DNA from: Paracoccaceae bacterium
Lineage (GTDB): Bacteria > Pseudomonadota > Alphaproteobacteria > Rhodobacterales > Rhodobacteraceae
Direction of reading: 5' to 3'
Assembly (NCBI GenBank): GCA_902633655.1
Contig: CACPHA010000001.1
Coordinates: forward strand, 1,263-65,262
Length of the DNA stretch: 64,000 nucleotides
The translations under genes were made by a program, and so were the position numbers. The notes under the pieces were generated by a model, which saw only the letters and a program-made list of their open reading frames with translations, ran no database searches and was not told where the DNA came from. How positions within the stretch are numbered: the stretch's first letter is position 1; every line of letters starts with the position of its first letter. This document shows, in pieces, positions 44,972 through 55,081 of this stretch.

Positions 44972-46195
44972 TCAACCTTCAGCAATCTTCAACATTAGTT
45001 GAGTGGCAAGGCGCATATCCTGAACCGAAATCCATTCCAACGGTCCATGAATATTTTGCATTCCAGTGAAAAGGTTGGGGGTGGGCACACCAAGCTCCGT
45101 GAGGCGCGATCCATCCGTACCACCGCGGATAGGTGCCGAAACAGTTTCTATTCCCAGAGCCTCTGCTGCATCGCGTGCCTTTTCTACAGGTGTCATATTT
45201 TCCTCCAACCAATAACGCATATTGCGATATTGAGGCGATATTTCGCAAACTATTTCAGCACGAGTCTCAGTTGCTTGCACGGCATCACAAACTGTACGTA
45301 AAAGCTCTCCTTTTTGGACCAATCCGTCCAGTTCAAAGTCTCTTATTATGAATTTAAGTTCCATTTCCGAAGAGCCCCCGTTCATATCCGTGAGGTGGAT
45401 AAACCCTTCTCTACCTGACGTTGTTTCCGGTGTCATTGTCGTCTGAGGTAGTGTTTGTAGGATTTTTGCTGCCAGATGCGCAGCATTCACAAGTTTTTCT
45501 TTGGCTAATCCAGGGTGTACTGATACACCTCTAATTTTAACAACTCCACGGTCAGCTGAGAACGTCTCGTATTCAATCTCACCCACTGCGCCTCCATCGA
45601 AGGTATAAGCGAAATCAGCTTTCAAATCTTTGGGTAAATCTTCATTGACCCCACGGCCAATTTCCTCATCAGGGGTGAAAGCGATCCGGATAGGCCCTCG
45701 GATATTACTAGGCTTACTCAATAAATGTCTTGCAGCGGCCATAATAATTGATACGCCGGCCTTATCATCGGCCCCAAGAAGAGTAGTGCCAGAAGCAGTC
45801 ACAATGTCATGGCCTTGCTTAGTAGCAAGATAAGGGTTTTCCTCCGGACTGAGTGTCAAGTCAGGCGCATCCGGAAAAGAAATATCACCACCGTTGTAAC
45901 CTTTTACAACACGAGGCTTTACACCGCTAGCAGCAAACTGCGGAGCTGTATCAACATGAGCTAGGAATGCTATAGTCGGTTTATCAATGTTGCCAGGGAT
46001 CGTTGCCAGAACAGTTCCATAATCCGTCAACTCAACATCACTTGCACCTATATCCTCTAACTCTTTTTGAAGAAGTTCCAGAAGGTCTAACTGGACGGTT
46101 GTACTTGGTTTCGATTGCGAGTTTTCTTCACTTTGTGTTTCGATGGCAGTGTATCGCACGAGACGTGCCTGTAGCTCTGAGTCTAACTCTTTCAC
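44972..46195 (-). CDS. pepT: Peptidase T (M20B tripeptidase)
   Basis: AHVDT, LGADDKAG, FTPDEEIG, RGGTDG; GTG start at 46195 after AAGGAG. Confidence 0.92.
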   Translation of the reverse strand: MKELDSELQARLVRYTAIETQSEENSQSKPSTTVQLDLLELLQKELEDIGASDVELTDYGTVLATIPGNIDKPTIAFLAHVDTAPQFAASGVKPRVVKGYNGGDISFPDAPDLTLSPEENPYLATKQGHDIVTASGTTLLGADDKAGVSIIMAAARHLLSKPSNIRGPIRIAFTPDEEIGRGVNEDLPKDLKADFAYTFDGGAVGEIEYETFSADRGVVKIRGVSVHPGLAKEKLVNAAHLAAKILQTLPQTTMTPETTSGREGFIHLTDMNGGSSEMELKFIIRDFELDGLVQKGELLRTVCDAVQATETRAEIVCEISPQYRNMRYWLEENMTPVEKARDAAEALGIETVSAPIRGGTDGSRLTELGVPTPNLFTGMQNIHGPLEWISVQDMRLATQLMLKIAEG

Positions 46196-46318
46196 CTTAG
46201 CTCCTTTCAGTTTTTCCAATTCAAAGTCGATAAAACTAAGCAACATTTAACAAAGTTGACAGATGTCCCAACATGCATAACATTTTATAAATCGAATTTA
46301 AAATTTTTTAGGAATATT

Positions 46319-48424
46319 ATGTCAATTCAGCTCATAGGCTACTCTGATAAATTATCAGGTCGTGCAGGGGATACAATAAATTTTAAAGTCTCCAACAAAT
46401 TATCAAAACCCGTCACGGCTTCGCTAAAACGCTCCATATCAGCTGACCCAAACCCTAAAGGCCTAGGCATTTTAGAAACAGCGTGTGATCACTTATTTCC
46501 GGAACTTACCTTTTTAGCAGAACATCAAACTTTTCATCCAGGGTCTTTTGCCCAAACCGAAGAAAGATTAAAAACAAAAGAACTTAAAGAACTTGATATT
46601 TCAATTAGTCTCTATCCCACGATTTTACGACATAACTCTCAAACAATAGTCGCTTGGGGAGATATAGAAATAGAATTGACTTCCAGTGGGGAAATAGAAT
46701 TCTCCGTAAGTGACCGAAAAGTAATCAGCTCTCGACCACTATCTCTCAATCGTTGGTATAGGCTGAGTGCTAATCTGAGAGCCCATGATGTATTAACACT
46801 TTGCATAACTGAACTTCGAGGAGATCCAAGCGAAAAAAAATTAACAAGCAGCGTTACTGATGGGTTTCCAACGAAAGTCCCTGTAATTAATGCTCACTTT
46901 TGTTTAGCTGCATCCAGAAAAAACGGTATCGCAAGCCACCATTTCAATGGTAGACTTGAGGCACCACGCATAAGTTTTGACGGCCTAAAGACTTTTGAAT
47001 GGGATTTCTCAAAAGACATCCATCGCAAAGAAATTAAAAGTCATTTTGGACCATGTCTCAGGTTAATAAATGAACCTACTAGAGCTGTTTGTGGCAGCAC
47101 ATGGAATGGAAGCGAGTTCAATTGGAAACATAAACCTGACCATTATGCAGCAATACATTTTAATGAAGATGATATTTATGATTTTGGTTGGAAGGATAAT
47201 TTCTCCTGGAAAATTCCAAACCAAACACCTTCGGGAATTTACGTAATGCGAATTGAAAGTAACGGGCACGAAGACGCAATGCCAATATTTGTTTGTCCAC
47301 CTAAGGGTTTCAAGCAATCTAAACTTTGCCTGTTGGTATCAACTTTTACCTACGCGATTTACGGCAATCATGCACGTCCAGATTATGACTCTTCTTGGCA
47401 AAAACGTATTGAAGAATGGAAGGCATATCCACATAATCCGGCAGAAAACCCCGAATACGGGTTATCAACCTATAATACGCATCCTGATGGAAATGGCATC
47501 TGCCATGCATCACATAAAAGACCGCTTTTTAATCTCAGACCTGGTTATATCACATTTGGAGCTGCATCGTGTTCAGGTCTTCGCCATTTTCAAGCAGATA
47601 GCCATCTTGTTTCATGGCTTCACAATTATGGAATTGATTACGATGTTATTACGGATGATGAATTAGATAGAGAGGGTATAGAAGTAATCTCGGGTTACTC
47701 AGCAGTAGCAACAGGTTCTCACCCTGAATATCATACAGCTAACACCCTTGACGCCTTAACGGCTTACAGAGACTTGGGCGGAAACTTAATGTATCTAGGT
47801 GGGAATGGCTTTTACTGGCGCATAGCAAGACATCAACAGGATCCGGATCTTTTAGAAATTCGTAGAGCGGAAGATGGCTTGAGAGCCTGGGCCTCTAAAC
47901 CAGGTGAGTATTACCATGCTTTTGATGGCGCTTACGGTGGGCTTTGGAGAAGAAATGGCCGAGCGCCACAAAAGCTTGTAGGCATTGGTTTTACGGCACA
48001 GGGAGTTTTCGAGGGCATGCCTTACAAACGTGTATGCTTTGATGCCGACTTCGATTGGGTCTTTGAAGGTATCGAAGATGGACCAATTGGTGATTTTGGC
48101 TTTAGTGGCAATGGTGCAGCAGGGTTTGAGCTTGATCGTGTTGACGCCACTTTATCAAGCGATCATGAGATCACAATCTTGGCTCAGGCGTATGGAAACA
48201 GCTTTATGCTCGTTCCAGAAGAACAACTGACACATCTTACGAATTTATCAGGAGGCGATGAAGTAGACGCTAAACGATCGGACATGGTCTATTTTCGTAC
48301 CGAAACAGGTGGGCAAGTATTTTCGGTTGGATCCATTACATTTTGCGGTAGCTTACCGTGGAATCAATTTGATAATAACGTGTCTCGCCTACTCTATAAT
48401 GTGATGAAAAGGTTTATGTTGTAA
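46319..48424 (+). CDS. N,N-dimethylformamidase large (beta) subunit family protein
   Basis: HYAAIHF, SGIY, TFTYAIYGNH, GLSTYNTH, GSHPEYH, YLGGNGFYW, VFSVGSITF; start at ATG 46319. Confidence 0.8.
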   Translation: MSIQLIGYSDKLSGRAGDTINFKVSNKLSKPVTASLKRSISADPNPKGLGILETACDHLFPELTFLAEHQTFHPGSFAQTEERLKTKELKELDISISLYPTILRHNSQTIVAWGDIEIELTSSGEIEFSVSDRKVISSRPLSLNRWYRLSANLRAHDVLTLCITELRGDPSEKKLTSSVTDGFPTKVPVINAHFCLAASRKNGIASHHFNGRLEAPRISFDGLKTFEWDFSKDIHRKEIKSHFGPCLRLINEPTRAVCGSTWNGSEFNWKHKPDHYAAIHFNEDDIYDFGWKDNFSWKIPNQTPSGIYVMRIESNGHEDAMPIFVCPPKGFKQSKLCLLVSTFTYAIYGNHARPDYDSSWQKRIEEWKAYPHNPAENPEYGLSTYNTHPDGNGICHASHKRPLFNLRPGYITFGAASCSGLRHFQADSHLVSWLHNYGIDYDVITDDELDREGIEVISGYSAVATGSHPEYHTANTLDALTAYRDLGGNLMYLGGNGFYWRIARHQQDPDLLEIRRAEDGLRAWASKPGEYYHAFDGAYGGLWRRNGRAPQKLVGIGFTAQGVFEGMPYKRVCFDADFDWVFEGIEDGPIGDFGFSGNGAAGFELDRVDATLSSDHEITILAQAYGNSFMLVPEEQLTHLTNLSGGDEVDAKRSDMVYFRTETGGQVFSVGSITFCGSLPWNQFDNNVSRLLYNVMKRFML

Positions 48425-48701
48425 TCAGTCGCACTATTCTTGTTACTTAGCATTCCCGTTTGACTTCAATCGCTTTTAGCCCTGACGGGGTGGGTGTTTG
48501 CAAAACAAAAATTTTCAAAAACACTGACTTCTTAGATTTTATCGTCTTGCTATTGCTTTGAACGCAAAAATGCGGAGTTATCATTCCAAAGTACGAAATT
48601 TTTCTGGTGCCTTCAGAATAATGAATGCACAGTTTGGATGCAAAATACGATTCGCCCAGACAAAGCTTGTCCGGACTTAAATGAAAATAAGGGAGGTTAT
48701 C

Positions 48702-49892
48702 ATGATTAGAAGGTCAGTTTTAGCGCTGGCATCAGCGGTTATTTTGGCTACTACTTCTGCGTTTGCAGAAGGCGTCATTAAACTCGGAGCTATTTCTCCG
48801 AAAACCGGGCCACTTGCCGGTGGTGCAGTTGTAACACAATGGCCGAACATTCAGCTTTGGGTCGAACAGGTAAACGCTGTCGGTGGGCTAAATGTTGGTG
48901 GTGAAATGATGACCATCGATTTGATCGAATATGACGATAAGACCAACCCAGGTGAACATATCAAATTAGCCCAGCGCCTGGCGACTCAAGATAAAGTTGA
49001 TTTTGTTGTGGCCCCTTACGGAACGGGCTTCAATATAGCAAGTGCTCCTATTTACGGAAAATTTGGCTATCCAATGATCGCCGTTTCTGCAATTACCGAT
49101 AAGGTGGATGAACTGACAGGCCGCTATCCAAACCTTTTTTTCACGCTCGGCACCACGACCGCTTTTGTTGAAGGGGTTAAGTCAATTCTGATGGAACAAC
49201 GTGACGCAGGCGCAATTGGCAACGAAATAGCAATGGTTAATGTTGCTGATGCGTTTGGCATTGAACTCGCGGATAAGGCACGTGAACTTTTCACCGCAGA
49301 AGGTTTCAAAATAGTCTACGATAAATCTTATCCACTTGGCACGCCTGACCTTTCACCGGTTATGAAAGGGGCAAAAGACAGCGGTGCAAAAGCTTTTATT
49401 GCTTGGTCTTACCCGCCTGACAGCTTTGGCCTTGCAGAACAGGCTATAATCGAAGACCTGGATGTGAACGTATACTACTCCGCCGTTGCAACCAGCTTCC
49501 CTGCATTTAGTAATGCGTTTGGGTCCAAGATTAATAATGTCCTTGGAGCAGGTGGTACCAATGTAGATGATCCAAAGATTGCAGAATATCGCGAGGCCCA
49601 CTTGAAAATTACTGGTAAAGTTGCTGATTATTGGGCTTCAGCCAACACCTATGCAGCCTTACAGATACTCGAACAGGCAATTGTTGGAGCTGCAACTTTG
49701 GATCGCGAAGTAGTGACGCAATATATTAAGGACAATACTTTCGATACAGTCATGGGTGACCTCAACTTCAAGAACAACTTTTCCAATACCTTCTGGTCTG
49801 TGGGCCAGTGGCAGGATGGCGTCTTCCGCGGTGTGAAAGGCTCTAACGTTGATGGCGCAGTTGATGTCCGTCTGAAAGACGGATGGAAATAA
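48702..49892 (+). CDS. ABC transporter substrate-binding protein, branched-chain/aromatic (Liv-type) family
   Basis: Signal peptide, TGPLAGG, YDD, APYGT, QWQDG; GGGAGG RBS. Confidence 0.88.
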   Translation: MIRRSVLALASAVILATTSAFAEGVIKLGAISPKTGPLAGGAVVTQWPNIQLWVEQVNAVGGLNVGGEMMTIDLIEYDDKTNPGEHIKLAQRLATQDKVDFVVAPYGTGFNIASAPIYGKFGYPMIAVSAITDKVDELTGRYPNLFFTLGTTTAFVEGVKSILMEQRDAGAIGNEIAMVNVADAFGIELADKARELFTAEGFKIVYDKSYPLGTPDLSPVMKGAKDSGAKAFIAWSYPPDSFGLAEQAIIEDLDVNVYYSAVATSFPAFSNAFGSKINNVLGAGGTNVDDPKIAEYREAHLKITGKVADYWASANTYAALQILEQAIVGAATLDREVVTQYIKDNTFDTVMGDLNFKNNFSNTFWSVGQWQDGVFRGVKGSNVDGAVDVRLKDGWK

Positions 49893-49903
49893 TCCTCTAA
49901 ACT

Positions 49904-49930
49904 CTCCCGGCGCGCGTGCCGCGCCGTGAG
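49904..49930 (+). other. GC-rich intercistronic stem-loop after the binding-protein gene
   Basis: CTC-C-CGGCGCG-CGTGC-CGCGCCG-T-GAG; no U-tract. Confidence 0.55.
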
Positions 49931-49943
49931 CTGGCTACTACCC

Positions 49944-50810
49944 ATGATAGATATTCTTATTTCTGGCCTGCTTTTGTCCGGCACTTATGCACTTGTAGCC
50001 ATGGGCTTAAATTTGCAGTACGGCGTTGCCCGGATTATGAACCTAGCCAACGGAGAGGTTTTGGTCTTAGGCGCGCTCGCAGCCTTCTGGCTTTATACCA
50101 CTAGCCAAGTGAGCCCACTTTTAACAGTAATCCTTGTGATCCCTGTCAGTTTTACAGGTAATTGGATAATCTATCGATTTTTGCTAACTCCGTTAGTTAA
50201 GCGTTCAAAAACTCAAGGCGCTCTCGAGGTTGATAGCATCCTTGCAACATTTGGACTGTCCTTTATCATAATTGGGATCATAGTTTCGATAGAAGGCGGT
50301 TTCTTTGCTTATAAATACCTTTCAGAACCCATACGAATCCTTGGATCAACAACTTCATTAAACCGCTTATTGGCTTTCCTAGTAGCAGCCCTTATCGGAG
50401 TGGCACTTTACCTTTGGCTTAATTTTTCGCGCCCCGGCGTTGCGGTCCGGGCAGTTGCCGTTTCAACCGAGGCTTCCGGTCTCGTTGGCATCAATGTGCC
50501 CCGCGTATCAGCTATTGCATTTGCCCTTGGCGGCACCATTACGGCGGTTGGTGGTGCACTTATTTCAACATTCATCACACTTGATGCTTCAATGGGTGTC
50601 GTCTTTACCCTGAAAGCGCTAATAATCGTAATTATGGGAGGCGTGGGTGAGATTCGTGGATCAATAATCGCGGCAGGTATTCTTGGTGTTGTTGAAACAG
50701 GTGTAGCTACTTTGGTCGATCCAGGCTTAACATTGGCATCAGCATACTTAATTTTTGTTTTAATTCTTCTTTTCCGCCCACAAGGGTTGTTTGGGAAGCA
50801 CACCACATGA
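49944..50810 (+). CDS. Branched-chain-type ABC permease (LivH-like)
   Basis: YALVAMGLNLQYG...NLANGE, GVAVRAVA, IMGGVG; start 49926 or 49944. Confidence 0.9.
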   Translation: MIDILISGLLLSGTYALVAMGLNLQYGVARIMNLANGEVLVLGALAAFWLYTTSQVSPLLTVILVIPVSFTGNWIIYRFLLTPLVKRSKTQGALEVDSILATFGLSFIIIGIIVSIEGGFFAYKYLSEPIRILGSTTSLNRLLAFLVAALIGVALYLWLNFSRPGVAVRAVAVSTEASGLVGINVPRVSAIAFALGGTITAVGGALISTFITLDASMGVVFTLKALIIVIMGGVGEIRGSIIAAGILGVVETGVATLVDPGLTLASAYLIFVLILLFRPQGLFGKHTT

Positions 50811-51739
50811 AACGGTCAAATTGGCAAGAACTGATTTGGGCAGCGGTTATCACCATCCTGGCTGCCTTTTGGCCTATGCTTGCTAACGGATACTGGCTCG
50901 GAATCGGGGTCGATGTGATGATGTATGTTGCTCTGGCTACTTCGTGGGTACTGTTCTCCGGGCCTACTCATTATATAAGCCTCGCTTCGGCTGCTTTCTT
51001 TGGTGTTGGCGGTTTCATTGTTGGAACTGGAATGAGCGACTACGGCACTTCTTTTTGGTCGATGCTCGCGCTTTCAGCTGTGGTTGGAGCAATACTTGCT
51101 GCACTTATCGGACTTGCGACCCTACGCCTTTCGGGGGTCTACTTTGTCATTTTTACTCTTGGTCTAGCTGAGATGATTCGCAATCTCGTCTCCTGGGTTC
51201 AAAACAATTTTCTCGGCTCGCGCGGCCTTTACGTACTGACAGATTTTAGCGACGAACATCTTTTCTGGATGTTGTTAGTCACTTCTTGCTCAATATATCT
51301 GGTAGGTTGGATAATCTCACGCTCCCGATTGGGCTTTGCAATGCGCATTATTGGGGGTAATGAAACTGTAGCGCGTCACGTTGGCATCAACACATCCATG
51401 GCAAAAGTGATCCTTTTCACCACCACGGGTCTCTTTGGAGCTATCGTTGGCGCAATCATTGCCCCACGCTGGAGTTATATCGAACCTAACCAGGTCTTTT
51501 CACCGCAACTGAGCTTTTTCGTCGTAATAATGGCCCTCCTCGGTGGATCAGGCCGTCTTTGGGGCCCAGTAGTTGGCGTTATTCCCTTCCTTCTCATCTG
51601 GAATTGGGTTGACGCAAATTTCCCCAACCAATCAATCCTAGTATTAGGTCTCGCTTTCCTATTGATCGTTTACGCATTACCGAATGGTTTTGTGGGCAGA
51701 ATTGAGGATCTTCATAATAAAATGAAAAGGCACTCATGA
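50807..51739 (+). CDS. Branched-chain-type ABC permease (LivM-like)
   Basis: LRLSGVYF, SRLGFAMR, LLGGSG...GP. Confidence 0.9.
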   Translation: MKRSNWQELIWAAVITILAAFWPMLANGYWLGIGVDVMMYVALATSWVLFSGPTHYISLASAAFFGVGGFIVGTGMSDYGTSFWSMLALSAVVGAILAALIGLATLRLSGVYFVIFTLGLAEMIRNLVSWVQNNFLGSRGLYVLTDFSDEHLFWMLLVTSCSIYLVGWIISRSRLGFAMRIIGGNETVARHVGINTSMAKVILFTTTGLFGAIVGAIIAPRWSYIEPNQVFSPQLSFFVVIMALLGGSGRLWGPVVGVIPFLLIWNWVDANFPNQSILVLGLAFLLIVYALPNGFVGRIEDLHNKMKRHS

Positions 51740-52473
51740 GGGTCTCTAAAGCAATCCTATCGGTCAAGGGCGTCTCCAAACGCTTCGGTGGATTAGTAGC
51801 AGTATCAAATCTGTCTTTTGATGTGGCAGAACACGAAATGGTGGGCATTATTGGCCCAAACGGATCTGGCAAGACAACTATGATGAACATGATCTCAGGT
51901 GTTTTCAAACCAACGGAAGGACGGATCTCCCTACGTGGTCAATTGATCTCAGACTTACCAGCCCAAATTATTTCTCGCTCTGGTGTGGGGCGTACCTTCC
52001 AATTGGTTCGTCTTCTCCCAGGTTTGACCGTTTTAGAAAACGTAATTGCCGGAGCCGTATACGGTCATCGTCGCCGATGGGGAAGTGACGCAGAAGGCTT
52101 TGCGCATGATATGTTAGAACGAGTTGGCATAGATGCTATGAGCTACTCCCCTATTTCTTCACTAACCTACATTGACCAAAAACGAGTGGAACTTGCTCGG
52201 ACGCTCGCAGGAGAACCAGAGGTCCTTTTGCTAGATGAGTGGCTGGCCGGATTGAACCCTACCGAATTGGCAACCGGAATAAAACTAATTCACGCCCTGC
52301 GCGATGAGGGTATAACGGTTGTTTTGGTAGAACACGTTATGGACGCTATACGTTCGTTGTGTGACCGTTGTGTGGTTATATCATCAGGTGCAAAAATTGC
52401 TGAGGGCGCGCCTGATGAGGTGCTTTCAGACAGCGAAGTCATCCGCGCCTATTTGGGAGATGATGATGCTTGA
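51736..52473 (+). CDS. ABC ATP-binding protein (LivG-like)
   Basis: GPNGSGKT, LLLDE, VIRAYLG. Confidence 0.92.
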   Translation: MRVSKAILSVKGVSKRFGGLVAVSNLSFDVAEHEMVGIIGPNGSGKTTMMNMISGVFKPTEGRISLRGQLISDLPAQIISRSGVGRTFQLVRLLPGLTVLENVIAGAVYGHRRRWGSDAEGFAHDMLERVGIDAMSYSPISSLTYIDQKRVELARTLAGEPEVLLLDEWLAGLNPTELATGIKLIHALRDEGITVVLVEHVMDAIRSLCDRCVVISSGAKIAEGAPDEVLSDSEVIRAYLGDDDA

Positions 52474-53602
52474 GGTAAAAAATCTCTCTGCAGCTTACAG
52501 CCAACATCCATCGCTGAATGACGTATCGATAAATGTCTTACCTGGTGAAATCGTCGCTATTTTAGGGGCAAATGGCGCAGGTAAATCTACACTTCTGCGT
52601 GCGATAGCGGGAATTTGCGAGGGAACGGTTTCGGGTAAAATAAACTTTGGGGACATCTCACTGGTAGGTCTGTCTTCAGATGAAATCGTTGAAAAAGGCT
52701 TAGCTCTAGTGCCTGAGGGACGTGGTATTTTTGCAGATCTGACAGTCAAGGAAAACCTACTTTTGGGAGCCCACCCAGCCCGAGCGAAGGCAAAGGAAAA
52801 TGAAAACTTACATCGTGTTTTTGAACTATTCCCGAAACTTCAAGAACGCCAACGGCAGGTTGTCCGCACAATGTCAGGCGGTGAACAACAAATGGTTGCT
52901 ATTGGGCGAGCTATGATGTCAGCGCCAATAATACTAATGCTGGACGAACCCTCACTCGGTCTATCGCCGCTTTTGTGCAAAGAACTTTTTCGAAACCTTG
53001 CTCAAATAAAAACCATTGGCATTGGTGTTTTGCTTGTTGAACAAAATGCAAAACAAAGTTTGGCAATCGCCGACCGCGGGTACTTGCTAGAAAACACGCG
53101 TATAACCCATAAAGACTCAGCAGAGCGCCTATTGAATAACCCGGTAGTACAAAAGGCGTATCTTGGTGCCAGTGGCAATATCAAGAAGATCGGCACAACC
53201 ACTGAAATAAAAGCCACGCCAGCCGCGCCTCGGTTCGATACAATGCCAATACCGCAACGCTCTGCCGATCAATATATTGATGGCTCAGTCGATGATTTAG
53301 TTGAGATCGCTGCCAAAATCTCTGCTGAAGTTTCACGGCAGCCTAATGCCGAAACTGTCAATACCGTGGGAAAACTTACGCAATCAAGGATCAAAATCAT
53401 TATCAAAAACATCGAAACCGCTGCTGCTGCTGCCCGAATCCGTCCTAGAGAAGTAGAAAAATCATCGGCCGAAACCGCAAATGCAATACCCACGCAATCT
53501 GGAAGTGATGCCGGCGCCTCCCCAGTATCTATCGAAATCTATAAGAAACCTATAGTCGAAGTTTACCGCCGCCGTCCCACTGGCCAATTCGAAAGAGATT
53601 GA
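52466..53602 (+). CDS. ABC ATP-binding protein (LivF-like) with long C-terminal extension
   Basis: GANGAGKS, MSGGEQQ, MLDEPSLGL, VQKAYLG, then ~140 extra residues; start among ATGs at 52460/52463/52466. Confidence 0.88.
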   Translation: MLEVKNLSAAYSQHPSLNDVSINVLPGEIVAILGANGAGKSTLLRAIAGICEGTVSGKINFGDISLVGLSSDEIVEKGLALVPEGRGIFADLTVKENLLLGAHPARAKAKENENLHRVFELFPKLQERQRQVVRTMSGGEQQMVAIGRAMMSAPIILMLDEPSLGLSPLLCKELFRNLAQIKTIGIGVLLVEQNAKQSLAIADRGYLLENTRITHKDSAERLLNNPVVQKAYLGASGNIKKIGTTTEIKATPAAPRFDTMPIPQRSADQYIDGSVDDLVEIAAKISAEVSRQPNAETVNTVGKLTQSRIKIIIKNIETAAAAARIRPREVEKSSAETANAIPTQSGSDAGASPVSIEIYKKPIVEVYRRRPTGQFERD

Positions 53603-53603
53603 A

Positions 53604-55079
53604 ATGCTTGATCCACTAAATTCGACCCCAGAAATCAAAGGCCTTTACATCAACGGTCAATGGCAGAGAACCCAGGATCAGTTTGATAGTACAAATCCTT
53701 TTGACGGATCCCTTTGGTCTCGTATTCCAGATGCCGGGCGCACTGAGACGGGACAAGCAATCGAAGCCGCCAATAGTGCTTTTCCAAAATGGTCGAGGTT
53801 AAAGTTTCAGGAACGTGCAGAAATGATGTTAAAAATTGCTGAAGTCATATCAAAACGTGCGCCAGATTTCATTGTCGCCGCGCAGATGGAAGGCGGTGGC
53901 TGGTATGGTAAAGGCGCTTACGAGGTTAAAGCGTTGTCGGAAATTTTCAAATCTGCTGCCGCCGCTTGTTATGCACCAATCGGTGAGGTATTGCCCTCGC
54001 TAAACGGCAAGGTTTCGACTGCAGTTCGAGTGCCGCTGGGTGTTGTGGCGGTTCTGAGCCCATGGAATTTCCCCGGTATTTTGGCAGCGCGACCCTTTTC
54101 TTTCATAATGGCAGCTGGGAACACTGTTGTTCTAAAACCTTCAGAAGAAACACCTTATATGGGTGGAGTTTTCTTTGCAGAGGTGATGGAAGAGGCCGGG
54201 GTTCCACCTGGCGTTTTTAACGTAGTAACCTGTTCACGAGATAAAGTCACTGAGGTCGGTGACGAACTGATCGACAATCCATTGGTGAAAGGTGTTGCAT
54301 TTACTGGATCTACGGCCGTTGGCCGAAGAATTGCAGCTAAGTGCGGCGCTCATCTGAAGAAAGCCTGTATCGAGCTAGGAGGCAAAGACAGTCTAATAGT
54401 GCTGGAAGATGCAGATATGGAGCGTGCTACTAGCGCTGCTAGTTTTGGAGCATTCTTGCATCAGGGTCAAGTTTGTATGAGTGTTGAGAAAGTCCTTGTC
54501 CAAGAAAAAATTTATGATCAATTTCTGCAGGATTTTGTTGCTCGGGCCAGAAAACTGAAAACCGGCAATGTAACCGATAAATCCAATGTTATAGGTCCAT
54601 TAATCAATGATCGCCAAGCAGAGAACGTAAAACATCAACTAGAAGACGCCATAGCAAAAGGTGCTAATTTCGCACTTGGAGGTAACGTGAACGGCCGCTT
54701 TGTTGAACCAACTATCGTTACCCATGTCACACCTAATATGAATATCTGGCGTGATGAAACTTTCGGTCCAGTAGCTGTTGTGGTTCCGTTTCAAACCGAT
54801 GCAGAAGCTATAGCGATGAACAACGACACAGAATACGGCTTATCATCTGGCATAATTACAGCTGACGAATATCGCGCTATGGAAATTGCCCAACGCCTTG
54901 AAACAGGTATGTGTCATGTAAATTGTGCCACTATAAATGATGAGGCTCATGCCCCATTTGGTGGAGCAAAGGCCAGTGGGCAAGGCCGTTATGGTGGTCG
55001 CTGGTCGTTTGAAAATTTTTCCGAAACACGCTGGATCACGATGGATCGTGGCCAGAAACCTTTCCCACCGGTATTTTAA
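53604..55079 (+). CDS. Aldehyde dehydrogenase (aromatic-aldehyde/vanillin dehydrogenase-like)
   Basis: SPWNFP, LKPSE, FTGST, catalytic IELGGK and GQVCMS, ETFGP, PFGG. Confidence 0.88.
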   Translation: MLDPLNSTPEIKGLYINGQWQRTQDQFDSTNPFDGSLWSRIPDAGRTETGQAIEAANSAFPKWSRLKFQERAEMMLKIAEVISKRAPDFIVAAQMEGGGWYGKGAYEVKALSEIFKSAAAACYAPIGEVLPSLNGKVSTAVRVPLGVVAVLSPWNFPGILAARPFSFIMAAGNTVVLKPSEETPYMGGVFFAEVMEEAGVPPGVFNVVTCSRDKVTEVGDELIDNPLVKGVAFTGSTAVGRRIAAKCGAHLKKACIELGGKDSLIVLEDADMERATSAASFGAFLHQGQVCMSVEKVLVQEKIYDQFLQDFVARARKLKTGNVTDKSNVIGPLINDRQAENVKHQLEDAIAKGANFALGGNVNGRFVEPTIVTHVTPNMNIWRDETFGPVAVVVPFQTDAEAIAMNNDTEYGLSSGIITADEYRAMEIAQRLETGMCHVNCATINDEAHAPFGGAKASGQGRYGGRWSFENFSETRWITMDRGQKPFPPVF

Positions 55080-55081
55080 CA

